A stretch of 64,000 bases of DNA from Raillietiella orientalis (Eukaryota): contig JAYWIR010000006.1 of assembly GCA_036172245.1 (NCBI GenBank), positions 1-64,000 on the forward strand, given 5' to 3'. Made by a program: the position numbers and the translations under genes. Below, piece after piece: positions 1 to 13,069 of this stretch; position 1 is the first letter of the stretch, and the number at the start of each line of letters is the position of its first letter. The notes under the pieces are model-generated. The model did not search any database, was not told the origin of the DNA, and saw nothing but the letters and a program-made list of their open reading frames with translations.

Positions 1-2056
1 TGGAAGCTTTTTTTGTCATGTTGCTGCCAAGGACAGAGATCTGCGCGGTCTACCTGCGCGCGTGCTGGCGCAATGCGATCATCAATGTGTTTTTCAGAGG
101 ACAGAACGTGTTCGGAGTACCGGAAAGGCGCGGCATCCGGCGGGCGACAGCCTTAGTCCCCTGCTGTTTAGCACCTATTTCGAATTGGTGCTGAGAGCAT
201 ACAGGGTGACATTGGCTGCCCTGCCAAGCTCGTGCCCAGGTACGCCGGCCTTGTCGGCGTATGCTGGCGATCTTGTGCTCCTGGTGCCCATGTCCTCCCC
301 GGCTTCGGCAGTCGAGGATTTCATCGACTTGCTGTGCCGCGGGACAGGACTTACGGGTGAACAGGACGAAGTTGTCGCTGGTTGCGGTTGCTGCAACGTG
401 GGCACTGCGACGTGATTGGATCCGCCTGGGGATCCTCACGGAGAGGTACTTGAAGTACCTCGGCGTTCCGTTGGGGGAATTGTGCCTGTCGAAGCCTGGT
501 CAGGTCGTCTCCAGAAAGTGCAGCCGGCAATCGGCCCGTTCCGGGAAGGCAAGTTTCACTTGCCGCAACGGGCTGCGTTGTGGAACGCTTTCCCGGCCCC
601 CCTCCTTCGCCCCCTGCTTTTTGTTTGCCTCGTACCCCGCGAAATGAAAAAAAGAAGGAGGGACCTCCTACGCATCGCCCTGTAGGGCGGCAGGAGGCCT
701 CGTGTGCCTCTGGAGGATTTGTGCGCTCCACGTCGGGACGGAGGTCTTAGGGTTCCTGACGCTGGAGCGCGTGGAAACACAGCTGCGGTGGCGTACCCTA
801 GCCATCACGGCGAAGATGTGTAGCACCCCTTGGTGCGTTCCGGCCCGCCTCCTCGCCAGCCGTTTGTACAGGACTACAGGACTCGCATCGTTTCTTCTGT
901 GTTGCGCCCGGAACATCCGAAGATGCGGCCTTCTCTTCGGACGCATGGAAGCCCTGGTAAAGGAGAACAAGTGGATGGCTGCAGCCCCGCCAACTCCATC
1001 GCATAGCTGGAAGAAACAGTTGGAACGTGGGCAAAGTTAAACGACCTCAGTGGAGAATCCTGCAACCGCCTGCGTCCCAGCATCTACAGCCGCTGCACGC
1101 TGCGGAGCATGATCGAGTGTCCCGCCTGAAGTACTTGGGCGGAGACGACCCCACTGGCCAAGGCACTGCCCTTCCTACGAAGGGCGCTTCAAAACAGCCG
1201 GAAGCCGAGGTGGCAAGTCGCTTGCCGGAAAAGCGGACAAAGAGAAGGAGTTAAGTGGGTGGACCATAGGGGAACTGGCTGACGCCGCGACCCCAAGCGT
1301 TCTCCCGCGGGGAATACAGAGATGGGGCGAGCTGCTTGGCATCCCGCTGGATGACCTAAAGTGGCCCCCGTTATTCAGTGAACTATCCACCCTCCTCCTC
1401 AAGTGGCAGGAAACGGCGCTGCTGTTGTTGCACTGGGGTCTTCCCTGCAACGCGCGCCGCCACCACTGGACGTGGGGGAATGTTAAACAGAACTGTGCAG
1501 TGTGCGGGGAGAAGGAATCCCTCCCCCATCTGTTAGTGGACTGCGGTGCCCTCCGGCCCTTGTGAGAACGTTTTCCTACGGCTCTCCGGATGGCGATCGG
1601 CAGTACCCCCAGAGACGTTGTGAGACTCCTTCTCCCTGCCACCAGCCTCAACCCTGGCTGCGCTTTGCTGCCTCCGAGGGATTGTGGCAGCGTGGAGCGC
1701 AACCAGCAGAGGAAGCAGAGACAGGGACCCCATCGTACACGCGGGTCGCTACCTGCGAATCGCGATCGGCGGGTTCCATCTGGAAGCTATGACGAGGGAC
1801 CTCGAGGGCATCCTGGAAAGGATGGACTCTTCCTCCAGCGGGCTGTGATCCCTTCCCGGCCCTCCAAATAGTTTCTTTTTGTTTGTTTCATTTATTTTTC
1901 TTATTGTTTTACCCTCTGTTTCTCCCCGCTGCCGAGGAGAGTCAAACAGGTCTGCGAACCGGCTTCCTGGCAGGTCCCATGAACTATTGGCCGCATCTGG
2001 GCCTAGTACCGCAAATGTAAAGTGTGTTTTAATAAGCGCCCCGGCGTGACCGGGTG
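1..2056 (+). mobile_element. Degenerate Tx1/L1-clade LINE, 3' part of ORF2 (RT + C-terminal CCHC) and 3'UTR (subfamily A)
   Basis: RT motifs GDSLSPLLF, SAYAGDL (YADD mutated), YLKYLGVPL; C-terminal NCAVCGEKESLPHLLVDC near 1490-1545; frameshifts and stops; T-rich 3'UTR ending AATAAG-CGCCCCGGCGTGACCGGGTG at 2031-2056. Confidence 0.85.
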
Positions 2057-2679
2057 AGAACTCTCATCTCTTCAGTGTCGATGCAGATAGACGTGCTCAG
2101 CTCCACAGAGCTCGAAGAGAAGTGGACTCTTGAATTCTTCCTTGGTTTTGTTTTCCTTGCTTCTGTCTTCTCTGGCGCAAGTGGACGGACGAAAGCCCCT
2201 TTTCCTCTTCGGCTGCCGGTGCTGAGCTCTAAGCGCATTTTCTACGAACTCTGGCGCAGGCTGGCAGCCACGCTCGCGCACTTGGAAGACTGTTGCGAGT
2301 AGCTCCACCTAGATCCAAAAGTCAGGACATGGGTTGCAGTTACTCTCAGCTGGTTCCAAGACAAAGCCGAAGTCCCCTCTCACCTCTTTCCTTCATCTAC
2401 TCATTGTCCCATTCCACCCGCTACGGACCTCCTGAGAACCGACCTGAATGCCAGTGATAGTGAGTGCCTTCCTTTTTCTGAGCTTTTTCTTGTGTCCGGG
2501 AACTGCCTTCCCAATTTCTTTGTTTGTTTTCTTGGAAATTCCCGAACCGGCGTGAGCGCATAGGAAGCTGGGAGTACAGACCGGAGATGACGCGCCACCA
2601 GTTGCGTTCCAAATTGATGATTTTGATGCTTTTTCATAAATTCATGTTTTTTCTACTTTTTAAACTGCGATTGTTGACA

Positions 2680-2910
2680 AGACGCATGGTGTGGAGAAAA
2701 ATAGAACAAAAATATGCAAAGGACCCGTGGAAAATGTTTTCCATGGGTCCTTTGCATCTTGCTTGTGCTTCACACTTTCAATGTTTGTTGGGAGATTGAA
2801 AAGGTATGGAAGTGTGTCCCACGATGACTCCTTCCTTCTATGAAGAATGGTGACATTTTCTGGTTCTCCAGGTCAGATGAACACTGTCACTCCCACCGGG
2901 TTGAATTTTT
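2680..2910. repeat. Dispersed repeat, copy 1 (copy 2 at ~8455-8625)
   Basis: Shared strings ggtgt.gagaaaaataga..aaaaatatg, gtttgttgggagat.gaaaa and tttctggttctccag in the same order at both loci. Confidence 0.7.
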
Positions 2911-5900
2911 CTTTTTACTTTCCATACGTTGTTCCTTGGAACAGGGAATGATTGTAGAAATGCAGCTATATTGCGTAAAAATGTGCACGTAATGTGGCAT
3001 GAGCATGCACGTGTAATTGTGCCTCTATGTGTACAAGGATGTCATGCAAGCAGCTGACGTTGGGAACGAAGGTATTCCTTTAGCTGTGGAATCCAAGGAA
3101 ATGCTGGAAAAAGTTACGAGGTGGAAAAAGGCAAAGGAAATCATGTGGGGATTAGCCAATTGCTATTTGCTGAGACAAAGGAGTTCTTATTTCAAACGCT
3201 CTGCTGTAGCTGCTTTCATGCAACTAAGCTAACGTTAGGAATTTAAGTAAGCAAACCAAAGGAAAACTTAGAGCAGCCAGAGCATTCCAATTCTCTTTTG
3301 CCAACTTGATCTTTTTTGACAAGAAGAAAGGATGCTATGATTAGAAAGAATCCTCCGAAAACAATACACATTGGTTAGCAAAGTTTTTCTCACCATTTGT
3401 ACATTAGCAGAATTTCACGGATCAGCGTACGGAGATTTCGCAGTAGTTGTGGCTATCGATTCGCACAAGTCGCATTCACAGAGGTCAGGCAAGCTGTAAT
3501 GACCGAGTAGCTAACAAATAAGAATGGCAGTCCAATAACCAGCTTCCTTCTTCCGAAAGAAAAGAGTTCCCCGATTGTGAGCACGCACAGCATCTTGATC
3601 TGTGAAAAAGGGAAAGTGGTCGCCTCTAGTTCTGATGAAAGCCAGATGGCATCGGATGCCACTTTTGCAACAGATAGCTATGCTGCTCTCAAGATCACGG
3701 ATTTTTCGTATCCTCAGAATATTTTCGCTGCTTGGGGATGAAATCCGACAAGGTGCTCCTTTCGCAAGCGTCGACCTTCCTTGGTCACAACAAGAAAGAA
3801 TATATATAGTTGTTATATAAAAAATATACAACAAGAATATACAAGAATAACATATTTCCTAGTCTGAAACAGGCAACGCAAAAGTGTTCGTGCATTTCTT
3901 TTCGGAAAGCTTCTGGAACGTTGTTGTGTCTGTCATTTTGATAGCATTTCCAGGTGACTTATGATTTAGGTTGCATCGTCGGTCACTCTTATGAGCCTCC
4001 TTTCAGTACTAGCAGCAGCTGAGACCATCCTGCGAAGGAAATCCGCCATCAGATGCTGCTGAGACAACCTTCTTTTCTCAGAAGAAATGCTTTGTGTAGA
4101 TTGGTGAGCGGAGGGAGTTTCTCATGCCTGATTGATCGCCTCGGAGTGGCCTTAACTGCCTTATCGCTACCCTGCTTGAAATGAGTCTCTTAGATTAGAT
4201 CCTGGTTTCCGCAATGTAGCTGAAAAAGTTTAGATTAAAATCTGGATAAAAGAAACTTTGCCTGCAAGCTTAAGATGTCTCATGAGTGACTCAAGAGATA
4301 CCGCTGTTGACATCCATGTTCCCTAATGCAAGTGGTTGATTGGCCGAAGAGAGTGTTTGAGTTCTACTGCAGTTTAAGCAGCCAAAGAATGGGGTCTCCG
4401 TGGGAACGAGCTCACATGCACAGGGGGGCACACGATACTGTATGTCACGATTTCAGGAACATAGTTTTCGTTTTTGTCTAGGGACCGATCTCATATCGTT
4501 AGGGGCGGCGTGAAAAAAAAAAGGGTTCTGTATCTCGTCGCATCAGTTTCATCATCTACGTCGTGTTTTCGAACTTTTTCACCATGTTGTTGTTGATAAG
4601 GAGAAGATGCAACGAACAATTGAGCTTCAGCATCGTCCTTCGAATGTAACTTATCCGACATGTGCTGTGAACCTAGTTTTTTTCGATTGAACAGTCATAT
4701 GTGACGTGTGATATGAAAAATGACATTCATATTAGATGCATCGCGAAGAAAGTAATAAAATTAAGGCTGCGCAGCGTAATGCCGTGAGGTCCCTTGCGCA
4801 GAAGACAGACACGAATCGGATACGAGGTGTTCATTAGCGAGAGATTGTCTTCACCTTTCATCACCTGCTCTTTCATCTTTTGCTTTTCCTATTACCTTCA
4901 GAAATTCAGGTTTATGTCGCCTGAGCAAATCAGCATTGCTACATCAAACAAACCATCAGTGCTACATGAACGGTTACTTCAGACTCACTGCACCGGCTGT
5001 CTTTCCCAGTTCGGAAAATACCATAAACGGTTTTCGTACTCATGATGGCGTTTGCCAACGAAAAACAACGGCTCTCGGGTGAGGATCCAGAATCTTGGAC
5101 TCCTCATAGGTTCTTGCGTACACAAGCCTGATGCTGGTACTTCCGCGGCGCGTCGAAATGCAACTGACATAATCGTCACATGGTTCTCTGACGTGTCTCA
5201 AAAGTGATCCTTGTACTTCACAGAGGCAGGTTTCTTTGAAAACAGATGAATTTAGGGGGCGCTTAAAAGGAAAGCCTCATTAATTACGAACAAGTGTTTA
5301 AGGGAAAATGGAAACCACTCTGTGTTCGCCTTTCTGGATTTTCACTGAATTTTTGCTCAAAGAGTAGACCACGCGTTTCTTTCTCAAAACATGCAGCTAT
5401 GCAGTATATTGTCCAAATCGGATGTCGAGTAATCCCTTTTCCAGTCTGATGGCTAAATGCATACTGCAAGGATACTTGCATCATTGCATTTGAGTATTTA
5501 TGGACTTTAGGATGATGATTTTATAGTTCTTGAGGAAGACTTTACATTCAGTTGGTTCCTGCAGTGGTTTATCAGCTCCGTGTTTCCGTGGAGATAGTGC
5601 TCATGGCATTGATCTATTATGAGCCTCCACGGCGCAAGAAGAATCGGTCAGCGTAAACATTCAGCTTTTCAAGCAGTGTACACTTTGGAAAGAATGCGCG
5701 CTCGTTTCCCTTGACAAGACTTCGAAGACCATTGGCATCCGTGTTCACCGAATAGTGGATATGCATTTTTGGTCCGCGAACAAGTCGAAGCACATTCATA
5801 CCAGGTTTATCCGAACCTAATGACTATGGAATGCAGGATCTCCTAAAAACGAGAAAAGTCATCTCGAGAACAGCAATATGCTCCAGGGGATCCTTTCTCG

Positions 5901-6834
5901 CATCGCAGGACGTAGACTGATGTTGCTTTCGAAGTCCCCGCGGAGCCAGACGTGACATATTGGGCTTGGCAACCGAGCAAGCATTGGCGATTCCCCATCA
6001 ATTGCAAAACTCTATAAATCCTGTGAAGGTCGTCCTCCATCAGCGTAGGCCAGCATCCTTGTTCTGCCAATGCCTGTTCTCACTATGTTTCGAGATCACA
6101 CTCCAGTCATCCCTTCAGCAACATCAGCGTCAAGAAGTCAGTAGTCTAGGTGAGACAGGTGGTTGATCTGATGTGTCCAAACCACTTCTTTCCATGCTTT
6201 CCTTCAATTTCATCGGAACGACCAGCAGAAGAACACAGCTCCTTCACACAATCGTGCGTGTACCATCATCACGAGTGCATTTCTAGCGTCCCAGTTTCAC
6301 GCCAAATGTCAGTGTGCGAACTCCCAAACATTTTTCATTTTTCTTGATGCGCCTGGATTGCTTGAGGCTGAGAAGCATCCCTCCCTGATCCGTTCCTGGG
6401 AAAACACGTCCTGCAACCCTGCCATGCACTATTCTTTCGTCACCAGGATTCGACAAACGTTGAATCACCCGTCATGTGACGATCATAGGGCCTGCCATCT
6501 GCACTGCAGGTGTCCGAAAGTGTACCTGATTGTGATAAGAAAAACTCTATATATACTCGGATGCAGGCGTTGCTTGGGTAAGCTGCATCTGCGATAGGAC
6601 ACCCCATTCTTCTGAAGCTGAAACGGCACAACGTCGGAAGATGATTCGGTTTCTCCTGCTGTCGCTGATCGTCATCGAGTCCTCTGCATGGACCGTCCAT
6701 CGTGGCCAGAAATCACTGAAAAACCGGATACATGGCAGCAATCTTCCAAAGGTAACAGAGTTTTTTGGGAGTTGCAATCTGAAGGCGGCCGGTTGCCGAT
6801 GAATCGATGGTGAACCACAGCCTGCCTTTAGCCA

Positions 6835-7623
6835 TGAGGCGAATTTCCTTGCTTCTTCTTCGATCCTTGCTGCCTTTGGAACTTTGAACGATTCTCTCGT
6901 GGTTTGTGGGCAGTCTCGAAGATTTGTCGGAAGATTAGGGATGTGCTTCGTAGAATGCATGCTGAAAAGTATGAGCTTGTGAAGTAGGATGATAGCGGGA
7001 ATAAAAAGAGCGTACGCAATGCAGTGGACCGATTCAATTGCATCTATGTTGCTTCCAGAATGGCTTCTATTTTGACAGTTGCTCCTCGGAAACAAGGGAT
7101 GCTCTTGATGCTAATCTTCTGATCGAACCGGATCCGATAAAAATTCCAGGAATTGCAGACATTCAGCTGAATGGTGACCTGAAAATTGAGATCAACAGTA
7201 GCCTATCGGTAAGCGCAATTTTATGTTCACACAAGCTCAGTCTTTCCTAAACCGAACGAAGGATCCGAATGCGCAGTTTACGGAGCTGCAATCGGAATCC
7301 AGCGTCAGAACCAGAGTTCACTTTTGCTTTTTTGATTACAGATTGATATCTATGTGGAGAGATTCGAGTCTGACCAACGGACTAAAACAGCTTACAAGAG
7401 TGACGACATCGTCTTCCACTATGACGACATCTGCACGTTCTTGTCACTGTTCGGGGTCCTTGGAGAGTGTCCATTACATCCTCACCACTTTGATCGCAAT
7501 TTCGAATTCGATGTGTCGAAAATACCTCTTCCGGAAGGCGATTATTTCGCTTGCCTGTATCTCTCGATAGACTCAGAAGAGATTGTGTGCTACAACTCAT
7601 ATTTTACCATTCAAGTTGAATAA
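6835..7623 (+). pseudogene. ML-domain (GM2-activator/NPC2-like) lipid-binding protein gene, 5' end apparently disrupted
   Basis: Exon 7059-7208 (ttccag|NGFYFDSC...LLIEPDPIKIPG...SSLS|gtaagc) splices in phase to exon 7342-7623 (ttacag|IDIYVER...YDDICTFL...CP...PEGDYFACLYL...IVCYNSYFTIQVE*), resembling the GM2AP 'EPDPI.VPG' and Cys pattern. Candidate 47-nt intron 7012-7058. Upstream signal-peptide-like MRRISLLLL at ~6835 needs a frameshift, and there is an in-frame TAG near 6985. Confidence 0.5.
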
Positions 7624-7899
7624 TGGTCATTATGCCCAATAAAGCGCATAGAAGGTACAGCTCCACATTGGTCAGGGAGTGTGAAAAGAATAGTTCTTCC
7701 CCACTTTTTTTCCTGCCACATTTCAACTGGTTTCAAATTTTCGTCTTTTCAGCAGCCAAATGGGTTGCCCATTGATGGAGCAGGCACGAGAGGAACGGAA
7801 CATCCCTGACTCAGGCCTTACCTTCAATGTTTCCAGACTAGCGGCGCAATTGAGGCATCTTCTAGGAAGAGTGAAAAGTTCCAAGATTTGTTAATCCGT

Positions 7900-8280
7900 T
7901 CCTCGCCAACACCACATTTTCCGGTTCAATGACGTCCGAGGGGAGGATCCACCCTAGCAATCTTAGGCTACCATTGCAGATGATAGCATCCTCGCTCAAA
8001 TATAGGAGGGGTCGATGTGTTTCACTTTTGTTCGATTTGTTATGCCGTGAGAACTCGATCATCTCCTCCATTCCTCTCCTGTTCTTGAGGCAACCCAAAA
8101 TGTGGCTGCTGTTGCGTGCGTTGAGCCCTATTAACGATTGCGTGCGTCTCTCCCATCACCTCTTCTTTTCGCGTTGTGCAAATGTTCCCCAGCCTTCTGT
8201 CACCTGCTGAGGGATATTGGCAACCGGCTATGCTCTCACGTACCTTCCCTCCCATGACCAAGCGTTCTTCGCGTACCATA
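7900..8280 (-). mobile_element. Highly decayed RLE-type non-LTR retrotransposon C-terminus
   Basis: GCQYP...LGNIC...THAIVNR...HRPLL resembles the CCHC / RHNAIV / RPD(L) motif order of R2/NeSL-like elements. Confidence 0.3.
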
Positions 8281-8454
8281 GCAACTGCCTGTTTTTAGCG
8301 CCACGCCCACTTTCGTATTTCTTTCGATTTTTGCGTGGCGTTTCTTATAAACAAAAATAAGAATACAATCAAATTTTTGGTGAAACTCTGTCCGATCACA
8401 TGCCAAACGAAAAGGGATTTTTCTTCCACTTTTACACTCGGTTGGATATGAAGA

Positions 8455-8625
8455 CGCCTGGTGTAGAGAAAAATAGAGGAAAAATATGAAAAAGACGCAT
8501 GGAAAATGTTTGTTGGGAGATCGAAAAAGGATGACAGTGTTCGACGACGTCTGGCTCCTTCTTCGAAGATTGGTTACAATTTCTGGTTCTCCAGATGGAC
8601 ACTTCCACCTCCTTCGTGTTGACTT
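8455..8625. repeat. Dispersed repeat, copy 2 of 2680-2910
   Basis: Same strings as copy 1 but without the fold-back segment at 2714-2757. Confidence 0.7.
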
Positions 8626-10829
8626 TTTCTCTTGGCGTTGCACACTGCCAGTGTCCGCAGCATGCAGTAAGCAGCTTCTACGCGCGCGACTCGTGAATGC
8701 GCTTCACTCACGAAGCGGCGCTTGACAGTGCGTGTAGGATCGCCACCGGGCATTTAGAGGGTTATCGCGAAACGTTCCCATAGTGGTTAATGTGCAACTC
8801 TGTCAATAGGCAGTTTCGAGTGTGTCTCTCTTTTCCCACTCCTGGCGTCCTCCTCGCTCTGCTGGATCCAGTGGTGAAGGTGCGTTTTCACGGAATTTCT
8901 CGACGATGCAGCAGCATCAACTATTGTTTCTGCCACTTGGACGGAAGGTTGTGGTTGTACTGCAACACTGAAGATCACATCAGTTTTTCCTGGAAATTCT
9001 TAGCAGCTCTCTCTATGGGAGAAGTCCTGATGAGGGGACACACGGAATCGCAGCATCCGCTAGCTTCCTTCTTGCACGCACACAGAGAATTCTCATTTCC
9101 AATGCGAAGCAACACTTGTGCGTTGTCCATGCTGGATTCAGGCTGTTTTTCTTCACTCGATGTTTGGACAGCACTAGGTGAAGAAAACTAATCGAAATTC
9201 GCAGCATCCTGCGCGGGCTGGAGAAGATCTCTATCAGCGTCTGTGAAGTGACTATGCCTTGTGAGATTGGCGCTTTTTGGTTGCACTCTCCGAGCGTGGA
9301 TTTTCTCTTTGCCGAACTGGGACCGGATGTTTAGGCAGTTTCTTAGAGGCATCACAGCATCCGCGGTTTTTGGACACGTGCAAAAGAATGGTAAGTGTTT
9401 GACGATGTTTAGTTTGCAGGAAGTCCACCGTTCTCTGCACCATGACCCTCGCTACGTACAGCCTGCTCTATAGCTTCGCAAAGCTTCCTACGATGTCAGG
9501 CTTTGCCCGTGGCTCGTCAATGACGCAGTTTTTCTAGAGATTTGCATGCACACTGTTCTTTTACATGCGAAAAGTGGCTTCCGTGTGATGGACCACTGCG
9601 GACAGATCCTTTGTTAAGGGAAAGATTTTGCGTCCTTTCACAATAAATCGGGTCTTCAGCAACCGCTGGTCCAGACTTGCAGGTCAACTGGATGTGATGA
9701 CTCGCATTTCTACGCAAGGAAGGAGAGGCCCTTAAGTTCATGCAGCTGCAGACTCTCGTACTGAGCTCTCTTGCGATGTTATTCGGTCAAGTCTAGGCGT
9801 TTCTGAAAAATACCATGAACTTTCAAGTGTGGTAGTGAAGCAAGGAGCCACCACAACTGATTCTCGAAGGACATGCCGGCTTCCCGGTCTGCTTCCAGGT
9901 TAACCTTGGCAGCAGAAAGAAAAGGGAGAAAGCAAAAGAAAAATTAAAGTGAAACAATCAATAAAAATAAATAAAGAACGTCACATTTCACTCCAGGGAG
10001 TCCTCAACAAACTTTCGAGGATTCTGGCAATCTCCGTTCAGATAACACCCAGGTGGGGCCATCGGGCTACTCCCTTATGAAACGCTCTGCAAGCTGGATG
10101 ACGTCTTTCTGGTTTCTTTCTCTGTCCGCTGCCGCGATCTTGCGGATGCAGAAACATGATTCTTAGAAGAGGGCAGCCTACGATCCGAGTCCGCCCAAGC
10201 TCCGAACACATGCTCGGAGCTTGGGCCGCTGCGCTTCGCTGCTCGAAGAAGCGCAGCTCTCATGCGCCGAGCGATTTTTGCGGAACGGTCAAGATGTCTT
10301 CGTGAAACTTGCAGAGTTCTTGAAGGACACGAGACTTCGCGGTTGAGGATCGAAAAGTTGTGATAGCAATCCGAAGGTGGTTGGACGAATGGTGGTGGCA
10401 TTGGAATCGTATACACAGATAGTCCGCTACCCTTTTCGAGAGAAGAGAGGAGTCTCTACTTAAAAACCAAGCTCACGGGGAACTCATCGATGGGTTGCCT
10501 TCGGTCCCTTCCCTTAGCCATTGAAGGGGGCCGGACATGAAGGCGATGCAGAGTGGGTGGAACCTGAAAGTTCTGTGGAAGAAAGGGGCGCTTCTGATTT
10601 TCCACCGGGTTTTTTTCCGGGAAGAGAACACTTGACAAAGGTCAGAGCTTACATACTCCAAGAGGCAGTCGAAAGAGGGTTGCATGTCTCCTAAAATTTC
10701 ATCCTCCCTCTGTGGAGGGTAGTATTACATATCGCGCGCTCGTGGCAGAGACCACCCGTTTTCCACGGAGCAATGCTTGCACGGACGCCGGTTGCCAGAA
10801 TGTGGTGCAGAAGTACGAGGAAGGCATTC

Positions 10830-11230
10830 GCGCACCTCCTTGGTTTCTTCGCGCCTTTCCAGAACGTCGCCCAAACGGGAAAGTGAGGATATGGGGAGTC
10901 ATTCGCTGCCCCCTCTCTACTCCCACTGCGACCTGGAAGTGAAGACTCTGGATCAGCCCTTTTCTCGTTAGACTACGCCTGGATCAACCGGGAAACAGGG
11001 ATGCTCCTTTGCCTTCCTCCCGTCCTGCTTCCGTTCTCCGTCATTTTCACGGTCTCCCCGCTCTCACTGATGTGACCGTTCCTTTCACGGGGAGCGCCGG
11101 TCCTTTTTCTCGTCCTCCGATCCCTTCGAGTGGTCCATGCCGCGTCACCATCCTCGTCATTAAAGAAGGACTAAGGCGTCAACGCTCCTTCAGAACCTCC
11201 ATCCCACCCCGTCGCTAGTTTGGTTCTGAA
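10830..11230 (+). mobile_element. Possible very degenerate DIRS/Ngaro-like RT remnant
   Basis: Across shifting frames: FLRAFPERRPNGKVRI, PASVLRHF, PFEWSMP, LRRQRSFRTSI in the order expected for F.VPK.DG..R / DL..AF.H / PFG / LR..GIR..IYLDD; no intact YxDD. Confidence 0.25.
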
Positions 11231-13069
11231 GCAGGCTGCGATGGCGACGTCGTCGTTTCCCGAGACAACAGTGGCAGGTGGGACAACGCTTAAACGCAGG
11301 AAGCAATGCACGTAACGTAGGATGCTCCTCCATCTCCCCTCAATCTGCCGCGGATTTCCTCCGCAATCTCTCCATCCACTCCGCCAGAGCACACGTGACT
11401 CGGGAATGCTCGCACCTTGTGCGTGCCGAATTCGGATGCGGCCGATGCAGTCAACCTTTCCGTGGCTTTCTCCCGCACCGTACCAGTTGAAAAGAGCGCG
11501 TATTTTTCCACGTTACCGTGGAAGCAGCACACGTTGCCTTCCTTAAGCGCCATCAGATGCGCGGCGACGATTTCCCGCCTTCTCAGCGGCATGTTCTTCT
11601 TTTACCAGTTATACGACCTGAGGTCTAGCGGAAGGAAAGTCGCAAGGGAGAATGAAGATCGGGGGATACGCCAATCTCCTTCCTCTGCCGCCACCTTCTC
11701 GTGCGTTACGCCTCTCAGAGAACGGCGACCACGAGCGACACCGCCGACGCGGACGCCGAGACGCGCGCTCCGGGCTCACGCGGCGGCGTTCCCGTTGCGC
11801 AAACACTCGCCCGTGCCTTTTTCCTTTTCTCGCCCTGCAGCACTCGCAGACTGAGTGCGGCGATGGCGGTGGATCCGAGCGTCGCCTGCCCTAACGAGGG
11901 AGGTTCTGCTGCCCCCACGCAGCAAGAAAGCGACATCTCCTTTCTCTTCTTCCCTCTTGTTCTCAGGCCTTTGAATCCGAGAGACTTCCGCCGCTTTTTC
12001 TCGCGCGTCGCCGCCCGTGGAGACCCTTCTGCCGCCTCGTGTGCCTGCGGCGTCTTCGTCGCGACAACTTCCCTCTTCCGAAAAACGGTCCGTCCTCGCA
12101 TCTGCGACTTCCGGCAACTCTCGGCACTCGCTTTCCGGGAGTGGGGATGCAGGAAAAAGGAGCGCAATTGGGATCGTGCGGGGTTTTCGTACCGGGAAGC
12201 GGCGAGAGCACGCGCGGAGCAGCGGAGACGAGAAGAACGCTACTTTGCGGACCAGGAGGGAGGCGAATCGGCGCGAGGCTGGACGTTGGCCGCCTGCACC
12301 GCCGGAGGGACGGGCTCTCCCGCGCGCACGTGCCCCTGCGATGCTCCACGCGTCTTCCTTGCCGCGAGGCCTTCGCCGGCCTTCGGACTTCACCCCTTCA
12401 TCCAATGAGGAAGCAGAGGTCTGCTCTCGATTTCGCCCGTGGGCTCCCTCGGTCTCGCCTGCCTGCCATTTCTCCTTGCCCCTACCTTCTGAAAACAACG
12501 AAGAGCGGAGTGGAGGGAGGAAATAGAAAAAGCAACCCGTAGGCGCGGTCTCTGAGCGGATCCCTCTCGACCGTTGGCTACCGAGCTGTCCAATGAGCAA
12601 CGGAAGCGGATGGGAACGCGCGCGGATGGTGACCGATGGGAAAAATTGAACACAAGATCAGTAACATTTCTGCTTTTCGACACGTTCCACGGACTGTTTC
12701 TTAGGTATTGTGCTCCGAAGGAATGCGAGAATACGAAAGAGTCTGCAGATTTTGCTCTGTGTAGCAAACGAATTTCTGATGGCAGAGTTTCCTGGGGTCC
12801 ATTTGTTTCCGAGACACGCCGAACATGGAGACACATCTCCTGGAAAGGACGAATGCTTCTGAGAATTCAGTTCCCATTCACGTGTGATTTTCGTACCTTT
12901 CTTACACATAGCAACACTCAGACGACTCGGCAGCTGTGAATAAGCTGAGTATGCCGAGTCATCTGAGTGTTGCTATGTGTGTGCTTGCGTAATGGTGTTG
13001 CGATGGGAAAATCAGATGCCTTTTTTTCTGTCACGGAGTCAGATGTTAGGTTGACAAGCAGCGTTCACC

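Noticed and set aside
11417..12600. Long overlapping ORFs (235 and 274 aa)
   Set aside because: Arg/Ala/Pro-rich translations on both strands with no motif; expected from high GC
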